Assembly (NCBI GenBank): GCA_012520975.1
Contig: JAAYNF010000033.1
Location: 501-64,500, forward strand
DNA length: 64,000 bases
Direction: 5' to 3'
DNA from: Clostridiaceae bacterium
GTDB lineage: Bacteria; Bacillota; Clostridia; Saccharofermentanales; UBA5734
Below are positions 25,951-34,677 of the stretch, piece by piece (position 1 is the stretch's first letter; each line of letters opens with the position of its first letter). The notes under the pieces were generated by a model that had not been told where the DNA came from, searched no databases, and saw nothing but the letters and a program-made list of their open reading frames with translations. Made by a program: the position numbers and the translations under genes.

Positions 25951-26342
25951 TCTTGTTGCCTCTCGGCGTTTCCGGTGTCGGCTTTCTTTCGGATCTGGTT
26001 CTGCTTCAGCGATCCAAACAGCACGTAAAAACCAGCATATACGCTGCGGGCGTGTGCCTGTCCGCTGATCTTCTTTCTGTCGGAAAACTGGAACTGGACA
26101 TCCCGTTGGCAACCAGCAAGATCCGAAAAGAGTTCCTTGACCGACTGCCGGCCATGCTCGCCGGCCGACTGACTTTAATTGCTGTTGAAATCGTTTTTCG
26201 TCCGGTTGTTTACGATCCATCACATTGGCAAGGTGAGAACCAGCCCAAGCGATTGCCGATAATCCGGATCCGAGCCGCCTTTTGGGATCGCTTTGGTCAA
26301 CGAATCTTGCTGGAAGATTCCCTTGAATATCTCATTGATTAG
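25878..26342 (+). CDS. TadE-like pseudopilin candidate
   Basis: RRRGSVAALVVIVFCTALILLPLGV resembles the TadE N-terminal RGSAAVEFALV.. segment. The start is a non-ATG codon (TTG 25878 or GTG ~25908) and the gene overlaps the previous one. Confidence 0.5.
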   Translation: MSPAESRRRGSVAALVVIVFCTALILLPLGVSGVGFLSDLVLLQRSKQHVKTSIYAAGVCLSADLLSVGKLELDIPLATSKIRKEFLDRLPAMLAGRLTLIAVEIVFRPVVYDPSHWQGENQPKRLPIIRIRAAFWDRFGQRILLEDSLEYLID

Positions 26343-26388
26343 TCGTGGGCTTGATTTGAAGAAAAAATACCGCAAAAGAGGTTGAATC

Positions 26389-27033
26389 ATGCGTAGAAAG
26401 AAACAGATATTCTTGTCCTTGGGTATCGCGATTGTTTTGCTTGCCGTGACTTGGTGGGTTGATTTGTGGCGGAATACGGAAGCGACAATTCAGGTCTTGG
26501 CGGCACGATGCGACATCCCGGCGGGTAGTCGCATCGAAGCCGACCACTTGGCCTTGATCAGCATTCCTGCTTCCTTAAACCGAGCCGGTTACCTGGAAAA
26601 CCAAGAACTGGCCATTGGGCGGTGGACAACGGGTTTTCTGGCGGAAGGGGAATTTATTACCACCAATCGCCTGCACGATCGAGCCAGAGGACTGAGCTAT
26701 CCTGATGCCGCCCTTGGACGAAGACTGATTACACTGAAACTGGAGCCGGCCGCAGCCAACGGATTCTGGCTGGCCGCCGGAAATCACATCGACTTGTTTC
26801 TCATTCCTCACAGCCAGGATCGGGAAAGTGAGATGCTGATTTTGGAACAAATCCGGATTATGGCGGTTCTTGATGAAAACACCGGTCATCGCCTGACCGA
26901 CACGCATCTTGCCACGACCACCGGACGTCTGATCTGCTTGGACCTGAACGTTGAACAGGCCGGCTTGATCCTTGGTCGCTTGGGCAGTCATGATATCAGG
27001 ATGGCGGTTGTCAACGAAAATCCGACAGGTTAA
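26389..27033 (+). CDS. CpaB/RcpC-like pilus assembly protein (TM anchor + SAF domain)
   Basis: An N-terminal anchor (IFLSLGIAIVLLAV) followed by IQVLAARCDIPAGSRIEADHL, the SAF-domain signature seen at the start of CpaB proteins. Confidence 0.7.
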   Translation: MRRKKQIFLSLGIAIVLLAVTWWVDLWRNTEATIQVLAARCDIPAGSRIEADHLALISIPASLNRAGYLENQELAIGRWTTGFLAEGEFITTNRLHDRARGLSYPDAALGRRLITLKLEPAAANGFWLAAGNHIDLFLIPHSQDRESEMLILEQIRIMAVLDENTGHRLTDTHLATTTGRLICLDLNVEQAGLILGRLGSHDIRMAVVNENPTG

Positions 27034-27038
27034 GAGCT

Positions 27039-27067
27039 TTTACAAGCACGTGCCAATCTGCTATCAT
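27039..27067 (+). promoter_or_regulatory. Sigma-A-type promoter upstream of the AraC-fol genes
   Basis: TTTACA, a 17-nt spacer, then TATCAT. Confidence 0.45.
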
Positions 27068-27084
27068 GGGTGCAGGTGATGAAT

Positions 27085-28044
27085 ATGTTTGAGGACCTGC
27101 TGCCAGCAGTTGAAAAAGGAATTATTGATGCGACCGGATCCATTCCGGTCGTCTTTAAAGGCATTGAAAGAAACCTGCAAAAAGGACTTGTTTCCGAAGC
27201 TCCCAGTCGGCATGATTACCACGAATTAACTTATATTCGCAGCGGCAAGGCTGAATTTGAAGTGGAAGGCAAGCGAGTTTTGCTGGAAAAAGGAGCCACC
27301 ATTGTCATTCGGCCCAATACATCCCATCTGGTCCGAGTGCCTGAAGGTCAAGCTGACGTAATCGGATTGTATTTCGGTTTTACCCGTCAAATAACAGGAA
27401 GCCAGTCGGGATCCCAGCCTCAGCGAACCACCGATATTGCTCCGCAAACTCTGGAGTATTTTATTAATTTTGCCTATGGCCGGGATCTGCCCGAAGGCGA
27501 AATAGGCAAGGATCCGTTTATTCTGATTCGCGGCAAGAACCGGCAGGATATCGCCACCTTGATTGAGCGTATTATCCGCGAAAGCCGGCAAGATGCCTAC
27601 GGTCGGGAGCTGATGATGCAGCTGATGACCATGGAGATTTTGGTTGCCGTGGCCCGGGGCATCCGGGAGGAATGGGAAGAGAGTCTTCGGGTAAGGACCG
27701 GCAAAGCGCGGGAACTGGTTCGTATAGCCCGGGATTTTATTGTTGAGAACCATGATCGGGATATTACTGTGGCTGATGCCGCGGGTTATGTTTTTCTCAG
27801 TCAGGGTTATTTTACCCGGGCATTCCGCGATGAAACCGGCATGAGCCCGATGAGCTTTTTGATGCAGGTGCGTGTTGCCCATGCCTGCAAACTATTGGAG
27901 CAGCGCGACATTAAAGTCAGTGGCGTGGCCCTTCAGGTTGGTTTTTCCAGTCCACAGCGCTTTAATGCGGCTTTTCGCAAACATATGGGAAAAACACCAA
28001 TGGAGTACCGAAAGCAAATCTTGGAAATGAAAGAAGGGAAGTAA
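27085..28044 (+). CDS. AraC-family transcriptional regulator (cupin + HTH)
   Basis: The N-terminal cupin-like region (HDYHELTYIRSGKAEFEVEG) and the C-terminal HTH pair (SQGYFTRAFRDETGMSPMSF..VGFSSPQRFNAAFRKHMGKTPMEYR). Confidence 0.85.
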   Translation: MFEDLLPAVEKGIIDATGSIPVVFKGIERNLQKGLVSEAPSRHDYHELTYIRSGKAEFEVEGKRVLLEKGATIVIRPNTSHLVRVPEGQADVIGLYFGFTRQITGSQSGSQPQRTTDIAPQTLEYFINFAYGRDLPEGEIGKDPFILIRGKNRQDIATLIERIIRESRQDAYGRELMMQLMTMEILVAVARGIREEWEESLRVRTGKARELVRIARDFIVENHDRDITVADAAGYVFLSQGYFTRAFRDETGMSPMSFLMQVRVAHACKLLEQRDIKVSGVALQVGFSSPQRFNAAFRKHMGKTPMEYRKQILEMKEGK

Positions 28045-28062
28045 GTGGAGGAAAATTCAACC

Positions 28063-28647
28063 ATGAATGATGCAGACCTGTCCGTGTTGATCGACTACCC
28101 GCGCATTGAGCGTGCAATTCGTGAGATTCTTGAGGCCATCGGCGAGGATCCGGATCGAGAAGGATTGGTCGATACGCCTGCTCGTGTGGCGCGGATGTAC
28201 GGAGAGATTTTCGCCGGGCTCCATTTGGATATTCGGAACTCAATTCGCGTATTCCGCGAGTTGGGGAACGATGAAATGATTCTGGTCGGTAACATTCCTC
28301 TTTATTCCATGTGCGAACATCATTTGTTGCCTTTTATCGGCAAAGCCCATGTTGTGTATATCCCACAGGGCGGTCGTATTATCGGCCTGAGTAAAATTGC
28401 TCGTATCGTGGATGTTCTATCCAAAAAGCCGCAATTGCAGGAACGTCTGACATCCCAGATTGCCGATACACTTGTCGATGCCGTCCAGCCTCAGGGTGTG
28501 GCGGTTATTGTTGAGGCCGAGCATTTGTGCATGACCATGCGAGGTGTGCGCAAACCGGGCTCCCTGACGGTTACGTCGGCTTTGCGCGGGATTTGTAAAA
28601 AGGATGCCCGTACCCGGGCCGAAGCCTTGGCCTTGATTAATCGGTGA
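28063..28647 (+). CDS. folE: GTP cyclohydrolase I
   Basis: [35 protein letters not shown] 28063 lies 11 nt after GGAGG. Confidence 0.93.
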   Translation: MNDADLSVLIDYPRIERAIREILEAIGEDPDREGLVDTPARVARMYGEIFAGLHLDIRNSIRVFRELGNDEMILVGNIPLYSMCEHHLLPFIGKAHVVYIPQGGRIIGLSKIARIVDVLSKKPQLQERLTSQIADTLVDAVQPQGVAVIVEAEHLCMTMRGVRKPGSLTVTSALRGICKKDARTRAEALALINR

Positions 28648-28666
28648 TGATGCGGTTCGGGACAAT

Positions 28667-29581
28667 ATGATGGAGCAAACGGAAATGGCCGGTCGACCAA
28701 CAACGCCCCGAGGAACTCCCCGTCTTTTTCGAGCCGGCGGTTTTGAATTCCCCTTGGGTCGGCGCACGTATGTCATGGGGATTCTCAATGTAACACCGGA
28801 TTCGTTTTCCGACGGCGGTTGCTATCTTACTCCGGAACAAGCCGTTGATCACGCTCGGCAAATGTTGGCCGATGGTGCCGATATCATTGATGTTGGCGGT
28901 GAATCGACGCGCCCGGGATACGAACCGGTCAGTGCGGAGATCGAGATGAGCCGTGTCCTGCCGGTTATTCGGAAAATTCATCAAGAATTAGGCTGCCCGA
29001 TTTCCATTGACACCTACAAATCCGATGTCGCCGAAGCCGCGGTCTTGGCGGGCGCCTGCATCATCAATGATATCAATGGCCTGCAGGTCGATTCAGCCAT
29101 GGCTGATGTCGCTGCCCGTTATCGGTCCGGAGTTATTCTTATGCACAATGCGCGAATCTATCGAAACTCGGATTCGGCGCCTCCGTCCGACGGCGATATC
29201 ATCGACAACGTCAAAGCTTTTTTGCGGAAAAGCATCCGGCTCGCCGAACGGGCAGGCGTTCAATCGGAAAACATGATGGTGGATCCCGGTGTCGGCTTTG
29301 GCGAGACCGCTGCCGAATCCTTGGTCGTGATTGCCCGCTTGGATGAATTGCAGGAATTAGGATTGCCGGTCCTGCTCGGACCGTCGCGCAAACGCTTTAT
29401 CGGTCATGTCCTTGGACAAACAGCCACAAGCCGACTGATCGGTACCTGCGCCGCAGTTGCGATGGGCGTTTCCCGTGGTGTCGATTTTGTACGCGTTCAT
29501 GATACTATGGAAATTGCCGAAACCATATTGATGGCCGATGCAATCGAAGAAGCAGGCGGAAATGGAAGGTGGCGGACATAG
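28667..29581 (+). CDS. folP: Dihydropteroate synthase
   Basis: GILNVTPDSFSDGG, DVGGESTRPG, and a DPGVGFG-type motif. Confidence 0.93.
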   Translation: MMEQTEMAGRPTTPRGTPRLFRAGGFEFPLGRRTYVMGILNVTPDSFSDGGCYLTPEQAVDHARQMLADGADIIDVGGESTRPGYEPVSAEIEMSRVLPVIRKIHQELGCPISIDTYKSDVAEAAVLAGACIINDINGLQVDSAMADVAARYRSGVILMHNARIYRNSDSAPPSDGDIIDNVKAFLRKSIRLAERAGVQSENMMVDPGVGFGETAAESLVVIARLDELQELGLPVLLGPSRKRFIGHVLGQTATSRLIGTCAAVAMGVSRGVDFVRVHDTMEIAETILMADAIEEAGGNGRWRT

Positions 29582-29958
29582 TGGTCGGACCAAGCCAAGA
29601 CCGGATTTTTCTTGAGGGCATGGAATTTCATGGATATATCGGTGTCCATGCTTTGGAAAAAATGCATGGACAGCCATTTGTTTTGGACGTTGCCCTTTTC
29701 TGCCCTTGTCTTGAGGCTTGTGAAAGCGACCGGCTTGTGGATACAATCGATTATGGCGAGGTTTTTGCTCGAGTTCGTACGCAGGTGGAAACTGCGGAAT
29801 GCGATTTGATCGAAAAACTGGCCGGCCTGATTGCGGCAGATCTGTTGGCAACATATGAACTGGCTTGTGCCGTCGAGGTAACCGTTCGCAAACCGCAAGC
29901 CCCGATAAACGGACAAATTCGGGCGGTTGGCGTGACCATCAGGCGCGAAAGGAGCTGA
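29569..29958 (+). CDS. folB: Dihydroneopterin aldolase
   Basis: DRIFLEGMEFHGYIGV..E...GQ.F..D and DYGEV fit the FolB pattern. The start is GTG 29569 or, with better RBS spacing, GTG 29581. Confidence 0.85.
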   Translation: MADIVVGPSQDRIFLEGMEFHGYIGVHALEKMHGQPFVLDVALFCPCLEACESDRLVDTIDYGEVFARVRTQVETAECDLIEKLAGLIAADLLATYELACAVEVTVRKPQAPINGQIRAVGVTIRRERS

Positions 29959-29962
29959 GGAC

Positions 29963-30442
29963 ATGCAGGAAGCAACAGGCAATGAAAAGATCGTTTTGCT
30001 GTCACTGGGTTCCAATCTGGGAGATCGGCTGCTCTACCTGAAAGGAGCTTTGCAGGAATTGCAGCGACATGAATCCATCCGGCTGCAACTGGTGTCATCG
30101 GTATATGAGACCGACCCGGTAGGGTGGGCGGACCAACCCGTCTTTCTTAATATTGTCGTTCAGATCGCGACATCTTTGAATCCGCTCGATTTACTTGCGG
30201 TTTGCCAAGATGTTGAAAATCGCTTTCAACGCGATCGAACCCAGCATTGGGGGCCGAGAACGTTGGACATTGACCTGATTGAATACGAAGGGGTGGTCAT
30301 GGATACTCCCGAACTGACCCTGCCTCATCCACATATGTCGGAAAGGGAGTTTGTGCAAATTCCGCTGCAGGAGATCAGAGGTGGCGGGGTCGGCTGCAGC
30401 GCCAGCGTTCGCCCATTCATTTCAAACTGGTATCCTTTGTAA
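29963..30442 (+). CDS. folK: 2-amino-4-hydroxy-6-hydroxymethyldihydropteridine diphosphokinase
   Basis: LSLGSNLGDR, RTLDIDL, and LTLPHPHMSEREFV. Confidence 0.9.
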   Translation: MQEATGNEKIVLLSLGSNLGDRLLYLKGALQELQRHESIRLQLVSSVYETDPVGWADQPVFLNIVVQIATSLNPLDLLAVCQDVENRFQRDRTQHWGPRTLDIDLIEYEGVVMDTPELTLPHPHMSEREFVQIPLQEIRGGGVGCSASVRPFISNWYPL

Positions 30443-30445
30443 AGC

Positions 30446-30474
30446 TTGTATTCAAGAGAAAAGCCGGATAGAAT
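30446..30474 (+). promoter_or_regulatory. Possible internal sigma-A-type promoter
   Basis: TTGTAT, a 17-nt spacer, then TAGAAT. Confidence 0.4.
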
Positions 30475-30528
30475 AGATTTGTTCATCCACTTGAGTTCGG
30501 ATGAGTCGTCAAAGATCAGGAGGGAAAA

Positions 30529-31134
30529 ATGAGTAGTAGTGGCAATACCCCCAATACCGGAGGTTCAAAGAGCAATCCAAGCCACCGCCGGCGCAGTACG
30601 AGAAATTTTGGACCGTCCGCAGCGGCCGATGGCAAAGCATCCGCGTCCGGACAGACCAAGAGCGACCGTTCCCAAGCATCCGTGGATAAAGATCGCCGCA
30701 TTGACCAATCGGCCGGATCCGATCAGCGCTCTCGCAAAAGCACCTCCAACCAACGACAGGGGAATTCGCCCGGCGGCAAAAAGAATCCGCAGTCGGTCAC
30801 CGCAAGGTCGGGACAGCAACCCCGCCGACCCAATCAGCCGCAACGGCGTCCGCAGCAAAGCAAGTCCCAGCAGACTCAGGGCGGACGTTCTCCGGCGGAA
30901 CCAAGAGCCAAAACCGCCCCCCACCAGCAAACAGAGGCCGCGGCGCAACGTCCGGCGGCGCAGAAAGTTCAGAATCGTTCGCGGGGACAGGCGCAAAAAC
31001 AACGTGTGAACCGTTGGGAAAAACAAATCAAGGCTGAAGAGACTTTCGAAGACATTAAACGAGAAAATGATCGCATCGAAAAGGAAATCTGGTTGGAGAT
31101 TGCCGGCATCCATACGATCAAACTTGATTTGTAA
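30529..31134 (+). CDS. Highly basic low-complexity (S/R/Q/P/K/G-rich) protein with a short structured C-terminal segment
   Basis: RBS AGGAGGGAAAA ATG. The stop TAA abuts the ATG of the next gene. The C-terminal ~45 aa (NRWEKQIKAEETFEDIKRENDRIEKEIWLEIAGIHTIKLDL) is non-repetitive. The frame was chosen on RBS, coupling and this tail. Confidence 0.6.
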   Translation: MSSSGNTPNTGGSKSNPSHRRRSTRNFGPSAAADGKASASGQTKSDRSQASVDKDRRIDQSAGSDQRSRKSTSNQRQGNSPGGKKNPQSVTARSGQQPRRPNQPQRRPQQSKSQQTQGGRSPAEPRAKTAPHQQTEAAAQRPAAQKVQNRSRGQAQKQRVNRWEKQIKAEETFEDIKRENDRIEKEIWLEIAGIHTIKLDL

Positions 31135-32631
31135 ATGCAACAGCCGGATGATCCGTCAAAGACATTGATCAAAACCATGCCGCTGGTCGGGTCCTTAAAG
31201 CAGATTGTCGGCCAGCAGCGTACATCTTGGCATACGCCCGGGCATACCGGAGGAAAGGACTTTCCGGACTGGCTTCGGAATTTGTTTATTTCGGCAGATT
31301 TAACCGAACTTCCTGTTACCGATGACATCAACCGGCCTGTCGGAGCCGCGCTGGAGGCGATGAAGATGGCCGCCGGCGCGTTCGGTTCGGGTCTGACCCG
31401 ATTTATAACCGGCGGCTCAACAACCGGTCTGCATATTCTTTTGGCGATGGCTGTCGGGTACGGTGGCAGACTTTTATTGCCCCGTTGCGTGCATCAGTCC
31501 GTGGTTCACATAGCCGCTCTGATGGCCATGGATCTGCGATGGATCGAAGCCGATGCATACAGCCGATTCGGTCTGCTACCGCAGGTGACGCCTCAATCTG
31601 TGGCGGCCGCGCTGGAAGCAAATCCCGATGGCCAAGTTGTTCTGGTGACTTCACCGGACTACTACGGAACCTGTGCGGATCTCCCGACCATTGCCGAGGT
31701 TGTTCACCAATACGGCGGGGTGTTGCTTGTTGATGAAGCGCACGGAGCTCATTTTGCCTTTGGTCACGACCTTCCGCCATCTGCCATGTGTGCCGGCGCG
31801 GATGCCTGTGTGCAGAGCGGACACAAAACGCTACCGGTTCTGACCCCGGGAGCCTACCTGCATATTTCGGCATCCGCCCTGACAACCGGCAGGCTTTCCG
31901 CGGATCGTCTGGAACAAATGCTGCCGGTTTTTCAAACCTCCAGCCCCTCATTTCCGGTTGCGGCTTCTCTTGATTATGCCCGGGCCTGGCTGGAGCGCAC
32001 GGGGGAATTTGCGATAGCCCGGCAATTAGATCATTTGATGGATTTTCGATCAAGGCTGTCCGAGAAATTTATCTGCTCACCCCGATCAATGAAACCTGAT
32101 CCGGAGTCCTCCCTGCTCCGGGATCCGCTTCGCGTGGTTATTTGCTTAGATGATAATATTCACCGGCCCACCGCTGCCGATCTGCTGATGGGCTTATCTG
32201 CGAAGGGCGTCGATATTGAGTTTGCCGATCGTCGTCGAATGGTTCTGATTCCGTCATTACTGCAAAAGGCACAGTCTTGGCGGCAACTTGCCGACACCTT
32301 GAATCGGCTGCTTTCTAAAGATGGTGGATTTCGGCCGGCCGGCAACGATCTTATGGACGATATGTGGCGCGCCCTGATAACCGCCGTGCCGGAAGCGGCA
32401 CTGCACCCCGGTAAGGTTCTGTTTGGCGATTGCCAACAGGTCCGGGTAGATCCGTCGGCCGCCGTCGGTCGGATATCCACCCGTCTTATTGCGCCTTATC
32501 CTCCCGGCGTTCCCCTGATCTGGCCGGGAGAGGAATTAGACAAGAGCAGGGTTGATTTTCTGGTTCGTTTAATGGAAAATAATGCCAGTATAAACGGACT
32601 GGATCAACAAGGTTTTTGGGTTCTTGCATGA
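31135..32631 (+). CDS. Orn/Lys/Arg decarboxylase-family PLP enzyme (YaaO-like)
   Basis: WHTPGHTGG, DEAHGAHF, and the PLP-lysine context QSGHKTL. It sits upstream of tmk, as yaaO does in Bacillus. Confidence 0.82.
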   Translation: MQQPDDPSKTLIKTMPLVGSLKQIVGQQRTSWHTPGHTGGKDFPDWLRNLFISADLTELPVTDDINRPVGAALEAMKMAAGAFGSGLTRFITGGSTTGLHILLAMAVGYGGRLLLPRCVHQSVVHIAALMAMDLRWIEADAYSRFGLLPQVTPQSVAAALEANPDGQVVLVTSPDYYGTCADLPTIAEVVHQYGGVLLVDEAHGAHFAFGHDLPPSAMCAGADACVQSGHKTLPVLTPGAYLHISASALTTGRLSADRLEQMLPVFQTSSPSFPVAASLDYARAWLERTGEFAIARQLDHLMDFRSRLSEKFICSPRSMKPDPESSLLRDPLRVVICLDDNIHRPTAADLLMGLSAKGVDIEFADRRRMVLIPSLLQKAQSWRQLADTLNRLLSKDGGFRPAGNDLMDDMWRALITAVPEAALHPGKVLFGDCQQVRVDPSAAVGRISTRLIAPYPPGVPLIWPGEELDKSRVDFLVRLMENNASINGLDQQGFWVLA

Positions 32632-32652
32632 TCGGTTTTATCGGGAGTGGAT

Positions 32653-33333
32653 ATGTTGTATAATAATAATGAAAAATCGATGGGCTTCCGGTCGCAAAAA
32701 CTCGCTGGACCGGGTCGTCTGATCACCTTGGAGGGGATCGACGGAACCGGCAAAACGACGCAGATCAGTAGCTTGGCGTCGGCCATACGGAAACAAGACA
32801 TCAGTGTTCTGGAGCTTCGTGAGCCCGGCGGAACAGCCATCGGCGAAGCCATCCGGCGGATTCTTCTGGACAACCGGAACACAGGTATGTGCAGCGAATC
32901 GGAGATGTTGCTGTTTGCGGCTGCGCGAGCGCAGTTGGTTCGCGAGGTTATCCGCCCGGCTTTGGCCGCGGGTACATGGGTTGTCTGCGATCGGTTTTCG
33001 GACTCGACGCTTGCATACCAAGGGTACGGCCGGGGCGCCGATTTGGAGATCATCGAGAAAATCAACAACCTGGCGGTGGGCAGCTGCCGGCCGGATCGGA
33101 CGGTTTTGTTGGATCTGTCGCCTGATGCGGCTCTTGAGCGGCTGGGCAGGCGGCCGGACAAGGCCGACCGATTGGATATTGAGGGCAGGACGTTTATGAA
33201 ACGGGTTCGAGAGGGCTATCTGGCCATTGCTGCCGGTGAGCCACAACGGTTTATTGTCGTGGATGCCGGACAACCGGCAAGGGCGCTTGCGCAAGAAATT
33301 TTCAGTAAAATTTGGGGGGGCTTAGGCATATGA
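32653..33333 (+). CDS. tmk: Thymidylate kinase
   Basis: P-loop LEGIDGTGKTTQ, the DRF/S motif CDRFSDSTLAYQG. Possible starts are GTG 32647, ATG 32653 and ATG 32680. Confidence 0.9.
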   Translation: MLYNNNEKSMGFRSQKLAGPGRLITLEGIDGTGKTTQISSLASAIRKQDISVLELREPGGTAIGEAIRRILLDNRNTGMCSESEMLLFAAARAQLVREVIRPALAAGTWVVCDRFSDSTLAYQGYGRGADLEIIEKINNLAVGSCRPDRTVLLDLSPDAALERLGRRPDKADRLDIEGRTFMKRVREGYLAIAAGEPQRFIVVDAGQPARALAQEIFSKIWGGLGI

Positions 33334-33659
33334 AACTAATTTTTGCAATTGTACAAGACGAAGACAGCCCGCGACTGATGGCCGAGCTTAACAATTCGGG
33401 ATATCGGGTAACCAAGTTGAACTCGTCCGGCGGGTTTTTGCGTTCGGGTAATACAACGCTGATGATCGTGATTAACGAAGAGCTGATGGAAGAAGTGCTC
33501 GGAATTATCCGCAAATTTTCCAGCAGTCGCCAAGCGGCCATCAATACCAGTCTTGCTCCTGTTTCCATGGGCGGATCCTTCGTTCCGTATCCTGTTGAAA
33601 TCGTGGTTGGCGGAGCCACAATTTTCGTGGTCAACGTCGAGCATTTTGAGAAAATATAG
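33330..33659 (+). CDS. darA: Cyclic-di-AMP receptor DarA (YaaQ, PII-like)
   Basis: MKLIFAIVQDEDS..RVTKLNSSGGFLRSGNTTLMI..VGGATIFV closely parallels B. subtilis YaaQ. The start overlaps the tmk stop as ATGA. Confidence 0.88.
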   Translation: MKLIFAIVQDEDSPRLMAELNNSGYRVTKLNSSGGFLRSGNTTLMIVINEELMEEVLGIIRKFSSSRQAAINTSLAPVSMGGSFVPYPVEIVVGGATIFVVNVEHFEKI

Positions 33660-33660
33660 A

Positions 33661-34677
33661 ATGACTTTTTCTTCAATTATTGGTCAAACCAAAGCCAAAG
33701 CGCGCCTTGTAACCGCCTTGTTGGGCACTCCGGGGCACGCTTATGCTTTTGCGGGACCGGACGGCATCGGTAAAACCTTCCTCGCTCGGAAATTTGCCCA
33801 AGCACTCCTTTGCCGGCAATCGGGTAAAGACGGCGCCTGTGGCCGATGCCCTTCCTGCCGGCATTTTGATCACGGCGTTCATCCCGATTACCGTGAATTG
33901 CAGATTGAGCCGAAAGAAAAAAACATCAAGATTGACCGGGTCCGGCAGACCGTTTGCCGAGACGTTGATTTGCGCCCTCAATTTGGTGACCGCAAGGTCT
34001 ACCTTTTGGCTGCGGACCACCTCAATGAGCAGGGTCAGAACGCATTGCTGAAAACCTTAGAGGAACCGCCGGAATACTGTTTCTTTCTTTTGACGATTGT
34101 TGGTCCCGAGCGCTTGCTGCCGACGATCCTTTCACGTGTAAACCTCGTTGCGCTGCAGCGTTACACACCGGATGAAATATTGGCTATCTTGGACAAAAAC
34201 GGCATTGAAGCAGGCGAGAAAGCGGCCTTTTACAGCCGCTTTTCCGGTGGTTTGGGAGGAGTTGCGCTGGAGCTGGCCAGCACCCAGGCTTTCCATGACC
34301 TTCGTCAGGAAACCTTGGCGTTTTTCAAGCACATCGGCCGCCGAACCCGGGCGGAATTGCTGACACAAGACTATCGGTTTTTTGAAAGCAATCGGGAGGC
34401 GACCCCCATGATTTTTAATATATTGGGAAGCCTGATCCGCGACCAACTTGTTTTTGCGCTCAGCCGGAACCACAGCCTGATTACCAACCAAGACCAAATT
34501 TCGTTGCTGAAAAGTGGATTGGTCGCTAACACAAAGCCGCGGGAAGCCGCTGACCGCCTGACCGCAGCATACGGCGCGCTTCTGGCCGCCCGGCGCGGCC
34601 TGACACTTAATGCCAGTTATGAAGGACTGGTGTGTAATCTTTTGTTGAACTTGCGAAAGGAGCTCCATTATGCCTGA
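33661..34677 (+). CDS. holB: DNA polymerase III delta' subunit
   Basis: GHAYAFAGPDGIGKTFLARKFAQALLC, a zinc module C..CG.C.SC, and NALLKTLEEPP. Confidence 0.88.
   Translation: MTFSSIIGQTKAKARLVTALLGTPGHAYAFAGPDGIGKTFLARKFAQALLCRQSGKDGACGRCPSCRHFDHGVHPDYRELQIEPKEKNIKIDRVRQTVCRDVDLRPQFGDRKVYLLAADHLNEQGQNALLKTLEEPPEYCFFLLTIVGPERLLPTILSRVNLVALQRYTPDEILAILDKNGIEAGEKAAFYSRFSGGLGGVALELASTQAFHDLRQETLAFFKHIGRRTRAELLTQDYRFFESNREATPMIFNILGSLIRDQLVFALSRNHSLITNQDQISLLKSGLVANTKPREAADRLTAAYGALLAARRGLTLNASYEGLVCNLLLNLRKELHYA

Noticed and set aside
25522-26342. A single gene broken by a frameshift, read from the overlapping ORFs after the pilin gene
   Set aside because: Each ORF has its own N-terminal hydrophobic helix, as expected for separate pseudopilin-like proteins. 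The overlap is compatible with translational coupling, though a frameshift cannot be fully excluded without homologues.
30539-31140. Alternative frames of the low-complexity region (156 aa on the plus strand, 191 aa on the minus strand)
   Set aside because: They are open only because the biased composition lacks stop codons. The 30529 frame alone has a strong RBS, a non-repetitive C-terminus and stop/start coupling to the next gene.
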